Positions 18,447 to 27,648 of a stretch of DNA of 40,787 nucleotides are shown here, piece by piece. The position numbers were made by a program, and so were the translations under genes. Source of the stretch: Minisyncoccia bacterium (GTDB lineage Bacteria; Patescibacteriota; Minisyncoccia; 2-02-FULL-40-12; IGHO2-01-FULL-4-A). Within the stretch, counting starts at the first letter, position 1. Each line of letters starts with the position of its first letter. The notes beneath the pieces were generated by a model. It ran no database searches. It saw only the letters and a program-made list of their open reading frames with translations, and was not told the DNA's origin. The DNA lies in NCBI GenBank assembly GCA_050015375.1, contig JBEKBN010000008.1:1-40787 (forward strand). The letters run 5' to 3'.

Positions 18447-20249
18447 TTAGATCGTAGTGATCTGGTTCTTAATCAAGGCCTGGTAACGCGGGCAGGTTTT
18501 GGCCAATTCCGAATGCTTTCCCTCGGCCACCAACTTTCCGTTATCGATGACAAATATCCGGTCAACCGAACGAATAGTCGAGAGACGGTGAGCTATGATG
18601 ATCGTTGTTCGGCCTACGGACGCTTTCTCGATTGCTTTCCGAATGAGCATCTCGTTTTCCGTGTCCAAGTTTGAGGTTGCTTCGTCAAAAACGAGAATTT
18701 GCGGTTCCTTGATAAGCGCTCTGGCGATGCCGACGCGTTGGCGTTCGCCGCCGGAAAGTTTTATCCCCTTCTCGCCGATGACGGTGTCAAAGCCATGCTC
18801 GAGCCGGTGGTAGAATTTATCAATGCAAGCCATTCGGGCAACCTCGTGCATTCTTTCTTCGCTGACAAGTTCTTTTTTTCCGTCCAACCCGAAAGTAATA
18901 TTATAGCCGAGCGTGTTATCGAACAAAGTGACATGCTGTTCGACAAGCCCGAGATTCTCGCGATATTTCTTGAGGTCGAGCTCTTTGAGGTCAATTCCGT
19001 CGATCAATATCCGGCCTTTTTGCGGGTCGTAGGCGCGGATAAGCAGGTTCACGATGGTAGATTTGCCGGCTCCAGACTCACCCACAAAAGCGACTTTTTC
19101 TCCAGGATTTATCTTGAAGCTGATTCCGGAAAGCGTCCGCCGTCTACTGGTCTTGATTGGTTCCGGTGGTTTTCCGTTATTGTTGTCCGACGATTGACGC
19201 GCGGGATACTCGAACGAAACATCGTTGAACACGATTTCGCCTCGGAAAGTTTTCGGAGAGATGGGATCTTCGGTTATCTTTATATCCGGCTCGATATCCA
19301 TCATGGCGAAAAATTCTCTTATTGAGGCATACTGGGACATCATCTGCCTTTGAAGATTGCCCAAATTATTCACGCGGCCCAGGGCGTTGGATGTCCAGGA
19401 TAGAAAGATGAACAAATAACCTATCGAGTAATAACCGCGAATAACCATGTAGGCGCCGACTATCATGACCAGAAAAGTCGTCAGGTCGATTACGATCGAT
19501 CTTGAATACATTGAGACAACATATTTTAACCAGAACCTCCGCCCAAAAGATATACTTTTATCCAGTTCCCTATCATAGTCACGCTTGATCTTGCTTTCCT
19601 GGGCGTTCACCTTTACCGCTTCAATGTTTCTGATGATTTCCGTATGCCTTTTGCTGTCATCATTTTGCATGTCTTCCATTTTCTTCAATTGCGGTCGGAT
19701 TTTGGCGTTTGAAACCAAAGTGATTGAAACGAAAGTCGTGACTCCGACGAAAACGATAAGGCCGAGAACCCAGTTTAAGTACATCAAAGCGCCAATGATC
19801 AGAATGACCTGGAAAAATATCGGCATGATGTTGTAAAGCAAGGAGTAGGCGAATTGGCGCAAAGCACTTTCGCCTTTGTTGATGATACTTTGCTTGATTG
19901 CCGAATTTTGGCTGTGATGCTGGCCGATCGAAAAAGAAAACAATTTTTCAAGCGTTTCGCTGGTTATCGCTTTCGCAACGGAATAATCCAAGTGGTTAAC
20001 TTCAAATCTCTCACGAAATGCGCCGATGATAGTGGACACGGTTTCTATAAGCAGAACAAATAAAGCCAGACGCAGGATCAAACTGAAATTTTGTTTTACC
20101 AAAGCGTTGATGGCTAAGCCATAAAGATATGGCGACGCCAAAGCAAAAACTTGCTGGACAATGACGAATACAAAAGCCATAACAACCGCCCATTTGAACG
20201 GCTTGTAGATAGCGAGCAACCTTTTGACGAAACCCTTTGTATTTGGCAT
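18447..20249 (-). CDS. ABC exporter, fused permease and ATPase (MsbA/MdlB-like)
   Basis: N-terminal TM domain; GESGAGKS; LSGGERQR; VFDEATSNLD; IAHRLST. Confidence 0.95.
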   Translation of the reverse strand: MPNTKGFVKRLLAIYKPFKWAVVMAFVFVIVQQVFALASPYLYGLAINALVKQNFSLILRLALFVLLIETVSTIIGAFRERFEVNHLDYSVAKAITSETLEKLFSFSIGQHHSQNSAIKQSIINKGESALRQFAYSLLYNIMPIFFQVILIIGALMYLNWVLGLIVFVGVTTFVSITLVSNAKIRPQLKKMEDMQNDDSKRHTEIIRNIEAVKVNAQESKIKRDYDRELDKSISFGRRFWLKYVVSMYSRSIVIDLTTFLVMIVGAYMVIRGYYSIGYLFIFLSWTSNALGRVNNLGNLQRQMMSQYASIREFFAMMDIEPDIKITEDPISPKTFRGEIVFNDVSFEYPARQSSDNNNGKPPEPIKTSRRRTLSGISFKINPGEKVAFVGESGAGKSTIVNLLIRAYDPQKGRILIDGIDLKELDLKKYRENLGLVEQHVTLFDNTLGYNITFGLDGKKELVSEERMHEVARMACIDKFYHRLEHGFDTVIGEKGIKLSGGERQRVGIARALIKEPQILVFDEATSNLDTENEMLIRKAIEKASVGRTTIIIAHRLSTIRSVDRIFVIDNGKLVAEGKHSELAKTCPRYQALIKNQITTI

Positions 20250-20291
20250 GTTTTACTCCTTTTTTTGAGTGATTATTGCGATTTAACGGCC

Positions 20292-21017
20292 TTAGAATAT
20301 TTCCTCATAAAGGGTAGTAATTTTGTCGGTGAAGATGTCGGTGGGGGTGAGAGAGGGATTATTGCGACACTCTTCGGAAAGAGTAAAAATATCACCGATG
20401 TTGATAGAGATCTTTGGCCGGTGGAATGTGATTATCCGTTTGAAAACATTATAATTTCCGTACAAACTAACAGGCAAAATCGGCGTGTCTGGAAATGACT
20501 CTGCCAAAATTCCGGCGCCAGGTTTAAGCGGTGCGACACCTTTTTCAAGAAATCGTTTACCTTCCGGAAAAAGCACGACTGTGCCGCCTCGAGAAAGGAT
20601 TTTTTTGGGAATTTCCAGAGATTTTTCCATGCCCGAACCATAGTATGACGGGTAAGACCCGAACAAAACCTTGATGAAAAGATAGCTCCAAAAATACTCA
20701 AAAAAATCATCTTTGGCCATGAACCTCAACGGATATTTGTTTGAGAAAAAAGGCAAAGCGATGCCAAGCAGAAGCGGATCAAAAAAACCTTTATGATTGG
20801 CGATGATTAGAAATCCGCCTCTGGGAAATTTCTTGGGCAGACGACCTTTGATTTTGATCGTAGTGAAAAGATAGAGAAAAATATAAGAAAAGATAAGTAA
20901 AATCTTCTGGGTGAACTTGAAGAAATATGGGCCGATGGCGGACTTGAATTCAAAAGACCCGCGTTGTTCAGGCGACGAGTTGGTTTGGGAAACTTTGACT
21001 CCGTTTGTTTCATTCAT
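20292..21017 (-). CDS. PlsC-like lysophospholipid acyltransferase
   Basis: NHKGFFD (HX4D), FMAK, FPEGKR, PILPV. Confidence 0.9.
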   Translation of the reverse strand: MNETNGVKVSQTNSSPEQRGSFEFKSAIGPYFFKFTQKILLIFSYIFLYLFTTIKIKGRLPKKFPRGGFLIIANHKGFFDPLLLGIALPFFSNKYPLRFMAKDDFFEYFWSYLFIKVLFGSYPSYYGSGMEKSLEIPKKILSRGGTVVLFPEGKRFLEKGVAPLKPGAGILAESFPDTPILPVSLYGNYNVFKRIITFHRPKISINIGDIFTLSEECRNNPSLTPTDIFTDKITTLYEEIF

Positions 21018-21064
21018 AATGCCGGGCGGCGCTTAACAAATAGAGACGAAAGGGGTCAAGATTT

Positions 21065-21183
21065 TTAAGAAGCAAAAAGACGGTCCTATTTTCGGATGAA
21101 GCCAGATCTCGATCCCTTCCATCTCTTGGGTTTGAGAACAAAAAAGTTAAGAAGCCGCAGCTAGGTCTAAAATATATCTGCCT
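21065..21183 (-). promoter_or_regulatory. Conserved 5' leader, copy B (upstream of the acyltransferase-ABC operon)
   Basis: Identical 20-mer at 21144-21163 plus colinear blocks shared with copy A. Confidence 0.75.
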
Positions 21184-21190
21184 GTGACAA

Positions 21191-21219
21191 AGGATAGCAT
21201 ACTAGACAGAACCCGTCAA
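21191..21219 (-). promoter_or_regulatory. Sigma70 promoter for the acyltransferase-ABC operon
   Basis: On the minus strand, TTGACG-N17-TATCCT with a TG extension. Confidence 0.7.
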
Positions 21220-21290
21220 TTCTGTTCTCGTAATTAAATAACCCCTCGGGAGAAATGATTCTCGAGGGGTTTGCCGTTGATAAACGGCGG

Positions 21291-22181
21291 TTAGCGCAAG
21301 GGAATGATCGGAATGCCGGCAAAGACGAATCCGCCATTCGCCGTGAAGAAGCATTTGAGCGCCGTGACTGAAACCGCTTGGTCGGCGGTGACTTCAACAT
21401 GGCCGTCAGTAGTCAGGTTGCCTTTGGCATCAGGTTTGAGACCGGGGAAAGTCGAGCTGAAGAACAAAGCCACTTGTTGATTGGCCTTCAGCGCGACGAG
21501 GACGCTTGCCAACGGCGTTGCCGGATCCCCGCTCGCCCGGTAGGTGTCGAACAAATTCAGAATCAACCCGACTGTCGTGCTGTTGGGGTTGAAAACCGCG
21601 AAGCCGGTGTCGATTTTTGAAGTGATGATGGTCGGCACCGAGAATTTGCTTATCGGCGGTTTGATATCTACGCCGGCCGATGACAATTCATTGCCCTGCC
21701 AATCCAACAGCCGATACGTGACGGCAATGCCGATGTCGTCGTTGTAATCGTAGCCGGTCGTGTCCCAGGTGAATGGAGATTGAAACAAAATAACTCCGCT
21801 TTGCTGGGCGCTTGACCCGCAAGATGTGCAAGCCATAAGTGTTCCCCCGCCGGAAGTTTTCGCTTTCGGCGAAAGCAATTGGCTTTTACTGACATTGGTC
21901 TCTCTGGTTCCGTTTGACCAGAGAATGTCGACGACCATCGGAGAGCCGTCGCTTTTTTGAAAGCTGATCGGGACGGGTTTACCCGCAGCAAAAGAATTCG
22001 CCATTGCCTGAAAGTCGCTCATGTACTGATTACTGCCGACTTTTCCGGGCGTCCCTACCCAGCCGACGGCGAATTGAGGTGCGACCAGTTGGCGGGTGTT
22101 GGTGGTCTGAGCGCTGACATCAGCGGCGGCCGTAAACATTACGGCGAAAAGCAAAAGATAATTCGTGACAAGTTTTCTCAT
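21291..22181 (-). CDS. Secreted hypothetical protein (beta-rich)
   Basis: Sec signal peptide (MRKLV..VSA|Q); AGGAG Shine-Dalgarno; no catalytic motif recognised. Confidence 0.75.
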   Translation of the reverse strand: MRKLVTNYLLLFAVMFTAAADVSAQTTNTRQLVAPQFAVGWVGTPGKVGSNQYMSDFQAMANSFAAGKPVPISFQKSDGSPMVVDILWSNGTRETNVSKSQLLSPKAKTSGGGTLMACTSCGSSAQQSGVILFQSPFTWDTTGYDYNDDIGIAVTYRLLDWQGNELSSAGVDIKPPISKFSVPTIITSKIDTGFAVFNPNSTTVGLILNLFDTYRASGDPATPLASVLVALKANQQVALFFSSTFPGLKPDAKGNLTTDGHVEVTADQAVSVTALKCFFTANGGFVFAGIPIIPLR

Positions 22182-22189
22182 GGGTCTCC

Positions 22190-24355
22190 TTATTTTGCGA
22201 AAACACCAATGGTGTACGGAAATTCCAGATTGCCTATTACCGGAAAACTTTGGATATTTCCATTTTGTGTAACCGTGAATATCTCTTTGCTGAAATTAAG
22301 CGTCACCATGAAACTATCCGTACTCGAATCATAGCCGATGCCGACCATATTACAGCAAAGCAGATTACTACTGACGACCCGCTTGATACCGCCACCCGGG
22401 GAAACCAGCCAAATCGCCGATTGAAGATAGTCGGTAACGGCGTAATTTCCCGCTGAATCGATGGTCAACCCCCCGATACTACGGATTGCATTTCCCGAAA
22501 ATACGGTGATTGCCGAGCCGTCCGGAAGGATCCTGACAATCTGACTCATTGGGTTATTGTTTATGTTCGAATCAGAGCCGACAATTATATTGCCAAAAGG
22601 ATCAATGGCAATGCTAATATCAGCATATTGTGCCGGCGAGTAAGGAAGATACAGGATTGGGACAACTGTTCCCATGGTCGGGTTATATCGGTAGACAGTG
22701 TTATTTGTGTTGTCGCCGATAATAAAATTACCGTTACTTTCTACCGCCAGCGCCATGGGCTCGATCAGTGTTTGGCCAAGATAGTAAATCGCCTGTCTGC
22801 CATCCGGCGAAATCTTGATGATGTTCGCTTGGGCTTGGACGTTCGGGAAATAATAATTTCCGGAATTGTCTCTGGCAATGGACATACCGGTGCCAAAAAA
22901 ACTTCCCATGTTCACCAGGGTTCCGTCAACTAAAATCCGGTAAACAACAGTAATCGGATTACTTGAGCTTCTGTTTACGTTGTCGACCAAGATGATTTCT
23001 TTCGCCGTTGAGCCGACCGTGAATGACGAGTCGGAACTGACGTGAGAATCACCGAAACCGTCAACAGCAGTGATCCGCCAATTGACCGAACCGATGGCGA
23101 CAGTTTGAGTCGGCGTTGCCGAGCAGATATTACCGACATCGCAACCAGCGCCCGAAGCCGAATACCAGCCGAGAATTTTGTTTTTAGCGAGATTGTCGTC
23201 AACAGACAAAATATACCGGCTGGCCGATGGAAACGCGTTCCATTTGTATGTTGGAGAAGCGGTGGCGATGGAACCCGTCGGCGAAACGAGAGTGACTCTC
23301 GGCAAACTCGTCGGATCCAGAAGATCGGCGGCGATTTGGTTGAATAAAGCATTATTATCATCTTTCCCGTTGGCCATTTGTCCGTGGTCGTGATTAGCGA
23401 AATAGCGCGTAGCCACGGCGTGGCCGATGAATTGGGCACTGGTAAAAGGCACGACGCCGTCACTGGTCAGGTTGAGTCCGCCGAACAACACCGCGCTTCC
23501 CCAGTTGAAGGGGTCAAACCACGATTGGATGTATTGGGTGGCGGTCACGCCGGCGTAGGCGATGATCTTGGAATCATAGGTCTTGTCGGCGTTGAGATTC
23601 ACCAGCCAAGAGTTGATCTCTTGGGCGTTCGTTCCGGTGAGATTCAGCAGACCATCATAATTGTCCCAACGCATATCTGACCGGTTGTACTGATTCCAGG
23701 TCAAACTCGTAGCGTTCCACCATAAAAAATCCAGAGACGCCAAGGCGTTTTTCAAAACCGGGTCGGATATTTTCTGATCGCGGGCAGGACCGTTGGCGAT
23801 CGGCGTTCCATGATTAGGCGTGGCCAAGGTGATGACTTTTTTGGTTGCGTCACCAATTGGTCTGCTGGCGTATCCGCCGTAATTTAACTTGAGACCCAAA
23901 GCGCTTCGCCCGATCAGTCCGCCCATGCTGTGGCAAATCATCGCCAATTGTCTGTTTCCAAAATTAGTTGGATCGTCCTTGCTGGCGTCATCAAGCAGAT
24001 CGCGCAGGTCAATCCCCAGATTAGCCACACTGGTGAAATTGCTGTAATAGCTGAAGGTATACAATTTGTACAACAACGGCAACTGGCTATTTGAGTTGAA
24101 ATAGCCGATGAAATTATTCCAAGTGCCGGTTGACGGAGACGATGGAACACCAACGGGGTTAAAGCCGTGGATGAGGATCAGCGGCGTTTTGCTCCCCAGT
24201 GAAACCGAACTGACTTCGGCAAGCGTCGCCACGAAATCAGACGAGGTAAAGGTTTTCAATGTCGCCGGACTAATAACCGAGCTCGCCGGCGTCTGGCCGA
24301 AAGTGGGCAAAGACAGAAAAGCGAAGACAAAACCAAACAACAGGAATCTTCTCAT
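22190..24355 (-). CDS. Secreted lipase/esterase-like alpha/beta hydrolase (PGAP1-like) with a C-terminal beta-propeller
   Basis: Signal peptide; LIHG; CHSMGG; TLATPNHGT; SDGVVP; HDH; NHL-like repeats (ALAVESNGN, IAIDPFGN, LTIDSAGN). Confidence 0.8.
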   Translation of the reverse strand: MRRFLLFGFVFAFLSLPTFGQTPASSVISPATLKTFTSSDFVATLAEVSSVSLGSKTPLILIHGFNPVGVPSSPSTGTWNNFIGYFNSNSQLPLLYKLYTFSYYSNFTSVANLGIDLRDLLDDASKDDPTNFGNRQLAMICHSMGGLIGRSALGLKLNYGGYASRPIGDATKKVITLATPNHGTPIANGPARDQKISDPVLKNALASLDFLWWNATSLTWNQYNRSDMRWDNYDGLLNLTGTNAQEINSWLVNLNADKTYDSKIIAYAGVTATQYIQSWFDPFNWGSAVLFGGLNLTSDGVVPFTSAQFIGHAVATRYFANHDHGQMANGKDDNNALFNQIAADLLDPTSLPRVTLVSPTGSIATASPTYKWNAFPSASRYILSVDDNLAKNKILGWYSASGAGCDVGNICSATPTQTVAIGSVNWRITAVDGFGDSHVSSDSSFTVGSTAKEIILVDNVNRSSSNPITVVYRILVDGTLVNMGSFFGTGMSIARDNSGNYYFPNVQAQANIIKISPDGRQAIYYLGQTLIEPMALAVESNGNFIIGDNTNNTVYRYNPTMGTVVPILYLPYSPAQYADISIAIDPFGNIIVGSDSNINNNPMSQIVRILPDGSAITVFSGNAIRSIGGLTIDSAGNYAVTDYLQSAIWLVSPGGGIKRVVSSNLLCCNMVGIGYDSSTDSFMVTLNFSKEIFTVTQNGNIQSFPVIGNLEFPYTIGVFAK

Positions 24356-24517
24356 GGTTTCTCCTTTCAGGGAGCGGGAAAATCGGTTAAATTCGCGTAA
24401 ATTGTCAAAAATCTATCCGTGAAACATTATTCCGGTTTCACTATTGCATAAGTTTCGAAAAATGTAAAAAGGTCGGCGGCGAACGGAGTCCGCCGCCGAC
24501 CGACAAAACAATCGGAT

Positions 24518-24549
24518 AAAAAAAGCCCGGTGGCACGGAGCCGCCGGGT
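24518..24549 (-). terminator. Intrinsic terminator after 24562-25344
   Basis: GC-rich stem with a T7 tail on the minus strand; a second hairpin lies at about 24471-24501. Confidence 0.65.
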
Positions 24550-24561
24550 GGTAGGTTTGTC

Positions 24562-25344
24562 TTATGGGACTTTGACATCCGTAACCTTGCCGTCGACGAG
24601 GATGACGGTGGTATCTTTGAAAAAAAGCGTTTTCTTATTACCGAACGTCTGTGTTTTCATCGGCTTGCCCAACATTTGGATCACCGCCTCCTCGCTCATG
24701 CCTGGCTCGATGACGATATTGTTTGCGGCCTCGATGAGCGCTTTGGCTTCATTTTCCGGAAGAAAGTACTTGTTTATCTCCGAGACGACGGTTTGATAGT
24801 CAGCCACTTTCATGACCTTTTCTTTGTCAAAAAAGAAGCTGAACCGCATGCCGAACTCTCCGCTCGTGATGACTCTGGTATCACTCGTGTGACCGATGTC
24901 GGTGACGACGAGATCAAGCTGGACATTATCTGGCAAAATGTATATCTTCGATACCTTCAGCAATTCGCCCTTGGCCAGTCGGCTGATGTTCAAACCCGCT
25001 ACTCTATCGGCGAAAGTCCGGGCGTCGAATTGGTCCATGTCTGAAATTTTCTTGCCGAGTAATTGCAAGGGAAGGCTCGATTTCCTATCCGGTATCGTCG
25101 TACTCGGGTCGTAATGGTACCAGACAAGCCCGGCCGATCCCTGGCCGAGTGAAAAACCCGCCTTTTTGAATTCACCGGCGATCAAGCCGTCAACGACCGG
25201 CGCTACCAATTTGCCATCGTAGCGCGCCATTATCTGACGCTTGAAATCGTCCTTGTTGGTAGATGACTGACGCGAAAAAGATGAAACCGGCGCCAGAGCC
25301 AAGACGAGAACTGTGAAAACGAACAACAAAACATGCCTTTTCAT
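24562..25344 (-). CDS. Secreted protein with a C-terminal SmpA/OmlA(BamE)-like domain
   Basis: Signal peptide; IEPGMSEEAVIQMLGKP..DGKVTDV motif. Confidence 0.65.
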   Translation of the reverse strand: MKRHVLLFVFTVLVLALAPVSSFSRQSSTNKDDFKRQIMARYDGKLVAPVVDGLIAGEFKKAGFSLGQGSAGLVWYHYDPSTTIPDRKSSLPLQLLGKKISDMDQFDARTFADRVAGLNISRLAKGELLKVSKIYILPDNVQLDLVVTDIGHTSDTRVITSGEFGMRFSFFFDKEKVMKVADYQTVVSEINKYFLPENEAKALIEAANNIVIEPGMSEEAVIQMLGKPMKTQTFGNKKTLFFKDTTVILVDGKVTDVKVP

Positions 25345-25441
25345 TGGCTTTTTCCTTTCTTGAATTGTCAGGGAACTGCGTTGGCGTCGGTTGTCGGCGC
25401 GCGAAACAACGAAACCATCATAGTTTAAAATGCATGGATTG

Positions 25442-26368
25442 TCAAGTCAGGTTCTTTTTCTTGTCGTGGAATTTTTGGTGGATCTCACGAAGCTGCTTGT
25501 CGGTGACGTGAGTATAGATTTGGGTGGTGGTGACAGACGAGTGGCCAAGCATCGCCTGAACCGAGCGGATGTCGGCGCCGTTGCGCAAAAGGTCGGTGGC
25601 ATACGAATGCCTGATCGAGTGCGGGCTGACATGTTTGCCGATGATGCCGGATTTGATGGCATAGTGTTTCACGATGCGTTGAATGCTCCGGGGAGTGAGG
25701 CGGAGCTCCTCGAATTTTTCAAAGGCCTCGTTTCGCGGGACGCGGATAAAAAGCGCTTCATGGGCGTCAACGCGTTTGTCGAGAAAACTTGCCAGTGCCG
25801 ATTTGGCGGTGTCGGACAAAAAGACAACTCGCAGTTTGCTTCCCTTGCCCCGAACCGTGAACTCCCCTCTTTTTAGGTCAACCGTTTCGCGATTAAGCGA
25901 GCAAAGCTCGGAAACCCGAAGGCCGGTAGAAAAAAGCGTTTCCAAAATCGCCCGGTCGCGCAAAGATGAAATCGTTGTGCCCTCAGGCGATTTGAGAAAT
26001 CTGTCGAGTTCATTCGGCTCGAGAAATGTAACTTCCCGTTCTTCCTGTTTGCCAAGTTCAATTTTTTCCGGCGCCACGGTTTTGATGTCAATTTTCGACA
26101 AGTATTTCAGGAACGAGCGGATGGCGATGACATGATAATTTTGGGTGACTTTTTTCAGCGGCGAGCCGTGAGCGTCGGTTAACCGGTTCAAATGCAAACG
26201 GAATTGGCGGACGACATCTTCGGTAATCTGGTTTGGTTTGCTGATGTTGGCGAACTCAAAAAACCGGTTCAGATAATGGTTATAATTCTCAACCGTCTTT
26301 GCCGACCGATTCTTCTCGATTTCCAAATATTCGAGATATTGGGTTTTTAAACCTTTTAAATCCATCAT
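25442..26368 (-). CDS. Tyrosine recombinase, XerC/XerD family
   Basis: RDRAILETLFSTGLRVSE, GKGSK, HSIRHSYAT, LGHSS, TTQIY. Confidence 0.95.
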   Translation of the reverse strand: MMDLKGLKTQYLEYLEIEKNRSAKTVENYNHYLNRFFEFANISKPNQITEDVVRQFRLHLNRLTDAHGSPLKKVTQNYHVIAIRSFLKYLSKIDIKTVAPEKIELGKQEEREVTFLEPNELDRFLKSPEGTTISSLRDRAILETLFSTGLRVSELCSLNRETVDLKRGEFTVRGKGSKLRVVFLSDTAKSALASFLDKRVDAHEALFIRVPRNEAFEKFEELRLTPRSIQRIVKHYAIKSGIIGKHVSPHSIRHSYATDLLRNGADIRSVQAMLGHSSVTTTQIYTHVTDKQLREIHQKFHDKKKNLT

Positions 26369-26532
26369 GAAATTTTACCACAAATGTGCGACATAAAATG
26401 CTTGACAAATGGCTTGCAAACTGCTATACTATACATGTCAAGATAAGAACCTTCAAAACTAAGTAAAAACGGCCTATCTGGGGTCTCGGCAGGTGTCGAG
26501 ATGAGGGATAAGCCAATGAATAGGAGGCCATC

Positions 26533-27159
26533 ATGGCCAAGAATAATCCTTCGTCGGTTGTATCGGGTGCCGGTTTTTTAACGGCGGTTTGGACGGAGTT
26601 CATGTCGGTTGCCCAGAAACTGGGCGTGACCGATGAGCAGATTCACGAGCTTTCCAAGCCGGAAGGCCGTGATAAGATCGCCAAGATCGCCGAAGCGATG
26701 GCGAAAGCGATCGCTTCAATAACTGCCGGTATCTTCTCGATTCTCCTCGACTATTCCCTCCCCCTCTCCGACATGATCACCGCCGGTAAGTATGACTGGG
26801 TCAACTCTGACATCACCGCCAAGCATTTCCCCCTCGATAAGTCAGGCGGCAAGGTCGAGCTCGATGCCCAGCTGATCCACTACGGCAAGTCCATGTCTTC
26901 CGAACAAGTTATTTCCGATCTCGATTCCAAGGGTCTCCGCCCAGCCCTATTACCAGAACTCCTAGCTTTCGGAGCCAAGTATCCCGACAAGCAAAGAGAT
27001 TTTCCTATTATTGCCCTCGGTTCGAAATGGCGGGACCCGCACGGCAGCCTCCGCGTGCCTGATCTCGACGGGGGTGGCTCGGGGCGCGATCTCGACTTGC
27101 GTTGGTTCGACGATGAGTGGGGTGGCTACTGTCGGTTTCTGGCTGTCCGCAAGTCCTAG
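26533..27159 (+). CDS. Probable diversity-generating retroelement target protein (C-type lectin-like C-terminus)
   Basis: GLRPA..ELLAFG..YP..IIALGS core ending in VPxL..RxLxLxW...W...CRFLAVRK; A-poor 3' end; downstream hairpin; strong AGGAGG SD. Confidence 0.7.
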   Translation: MAKNNPSSVVSGAGFLTAVWTEFMSVAQKLGVTDEQIHELSKPEGRDKIAKIAEAMAKAIASITAGIFSILLDYSLPLSDMITAGKYDWVNSDITAKHFPLDKSGGKVELDAQLIHYGKSMSSEQVISDLDSKGLRPALLPELLAFGAKYPDKQRDFPIIALGSKWRDPHGSLRVPDLDGGGSGRDLDLRWFDDEWGGYCRFLAVRKS

Positions 27160-27215
27160 CTCTTTGCTCCTTGGAACCTTGAATCTTCTGACCCTTGGTT
27201 CCTTGGACTCTTTAC

Positions 27216-27243
27216 CCCCCGTTTTCCTAAAGGAAAACGGGGG
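27216..27243. repeat. Perfect hairpin downstream of the DGR-like target (DGR cruciform or terminator)
   Basis: CCCCCGTTTTCC-TAAA-GGAAAACGGGGG. Confidence 0.7.
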
Positions 27244-27369
27244 AGTTTGTTTTTTGGGGCCGATAAAGCTCATTCTTTGGGGTGGACTTTTTTTGAATAG
27301 ATCAAGCGAGAAAAAGCAGGGGTGAGTGGTGATTTGCCAATTGCGACAAACTTTGTTACGATGGTTTCA

Positions 27370-27636
27370 ATGTTAGCAACCAAAGACAAAACCAAGATCG
27401 TCACCAAGCACGCCACTCACGAGGGCGACACCGGCTCGCCGGAGGTTCAAGTTGCCATTTTTACCGCGGAGATCGAGCGCTTAGCCAAACATCTCAAGAA
27501 ACATTCCAAAGACAACAGTTCTCGGACCGGCCTTTTGAAGATGGTTGCCAAGCGCAAACGGATGATGGATTATCTCCAAAAAGAATCGCCGACGAGATAT
27601 AATAAACTTATCAAAGAATTGGGCTTAAAGAAGTAA
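27370..27636 (+). CDS. rpsO: 30S ribosomal protein S15
   Basis: HEGDTGSPEVQVA, HLKKHSKDNSSRTGLLKMV. Start revised to ATG 27370, 7 nt after TTGCCA-N17-TACGAT. Confidence 0.97.
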   Translation: MLATKDKTKIVTKHATHEGDTGSPEVQVAIFTAEIERLAKHLKKHSKDNSSRTGLLKMVAKRKRMMDYLQKESPTRYNKLIKELGLKK

Positions 27637-27648
27637 CCTTTTCCAATT

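Noticed and set aside
25442-26368. Tyrosine recombinase as a prophage or ICE integrase
   Set aside because: Size and motifs fit a housekeeping XerC/D. No phage or conjugation genes, tRNA target or att repeats were seen.
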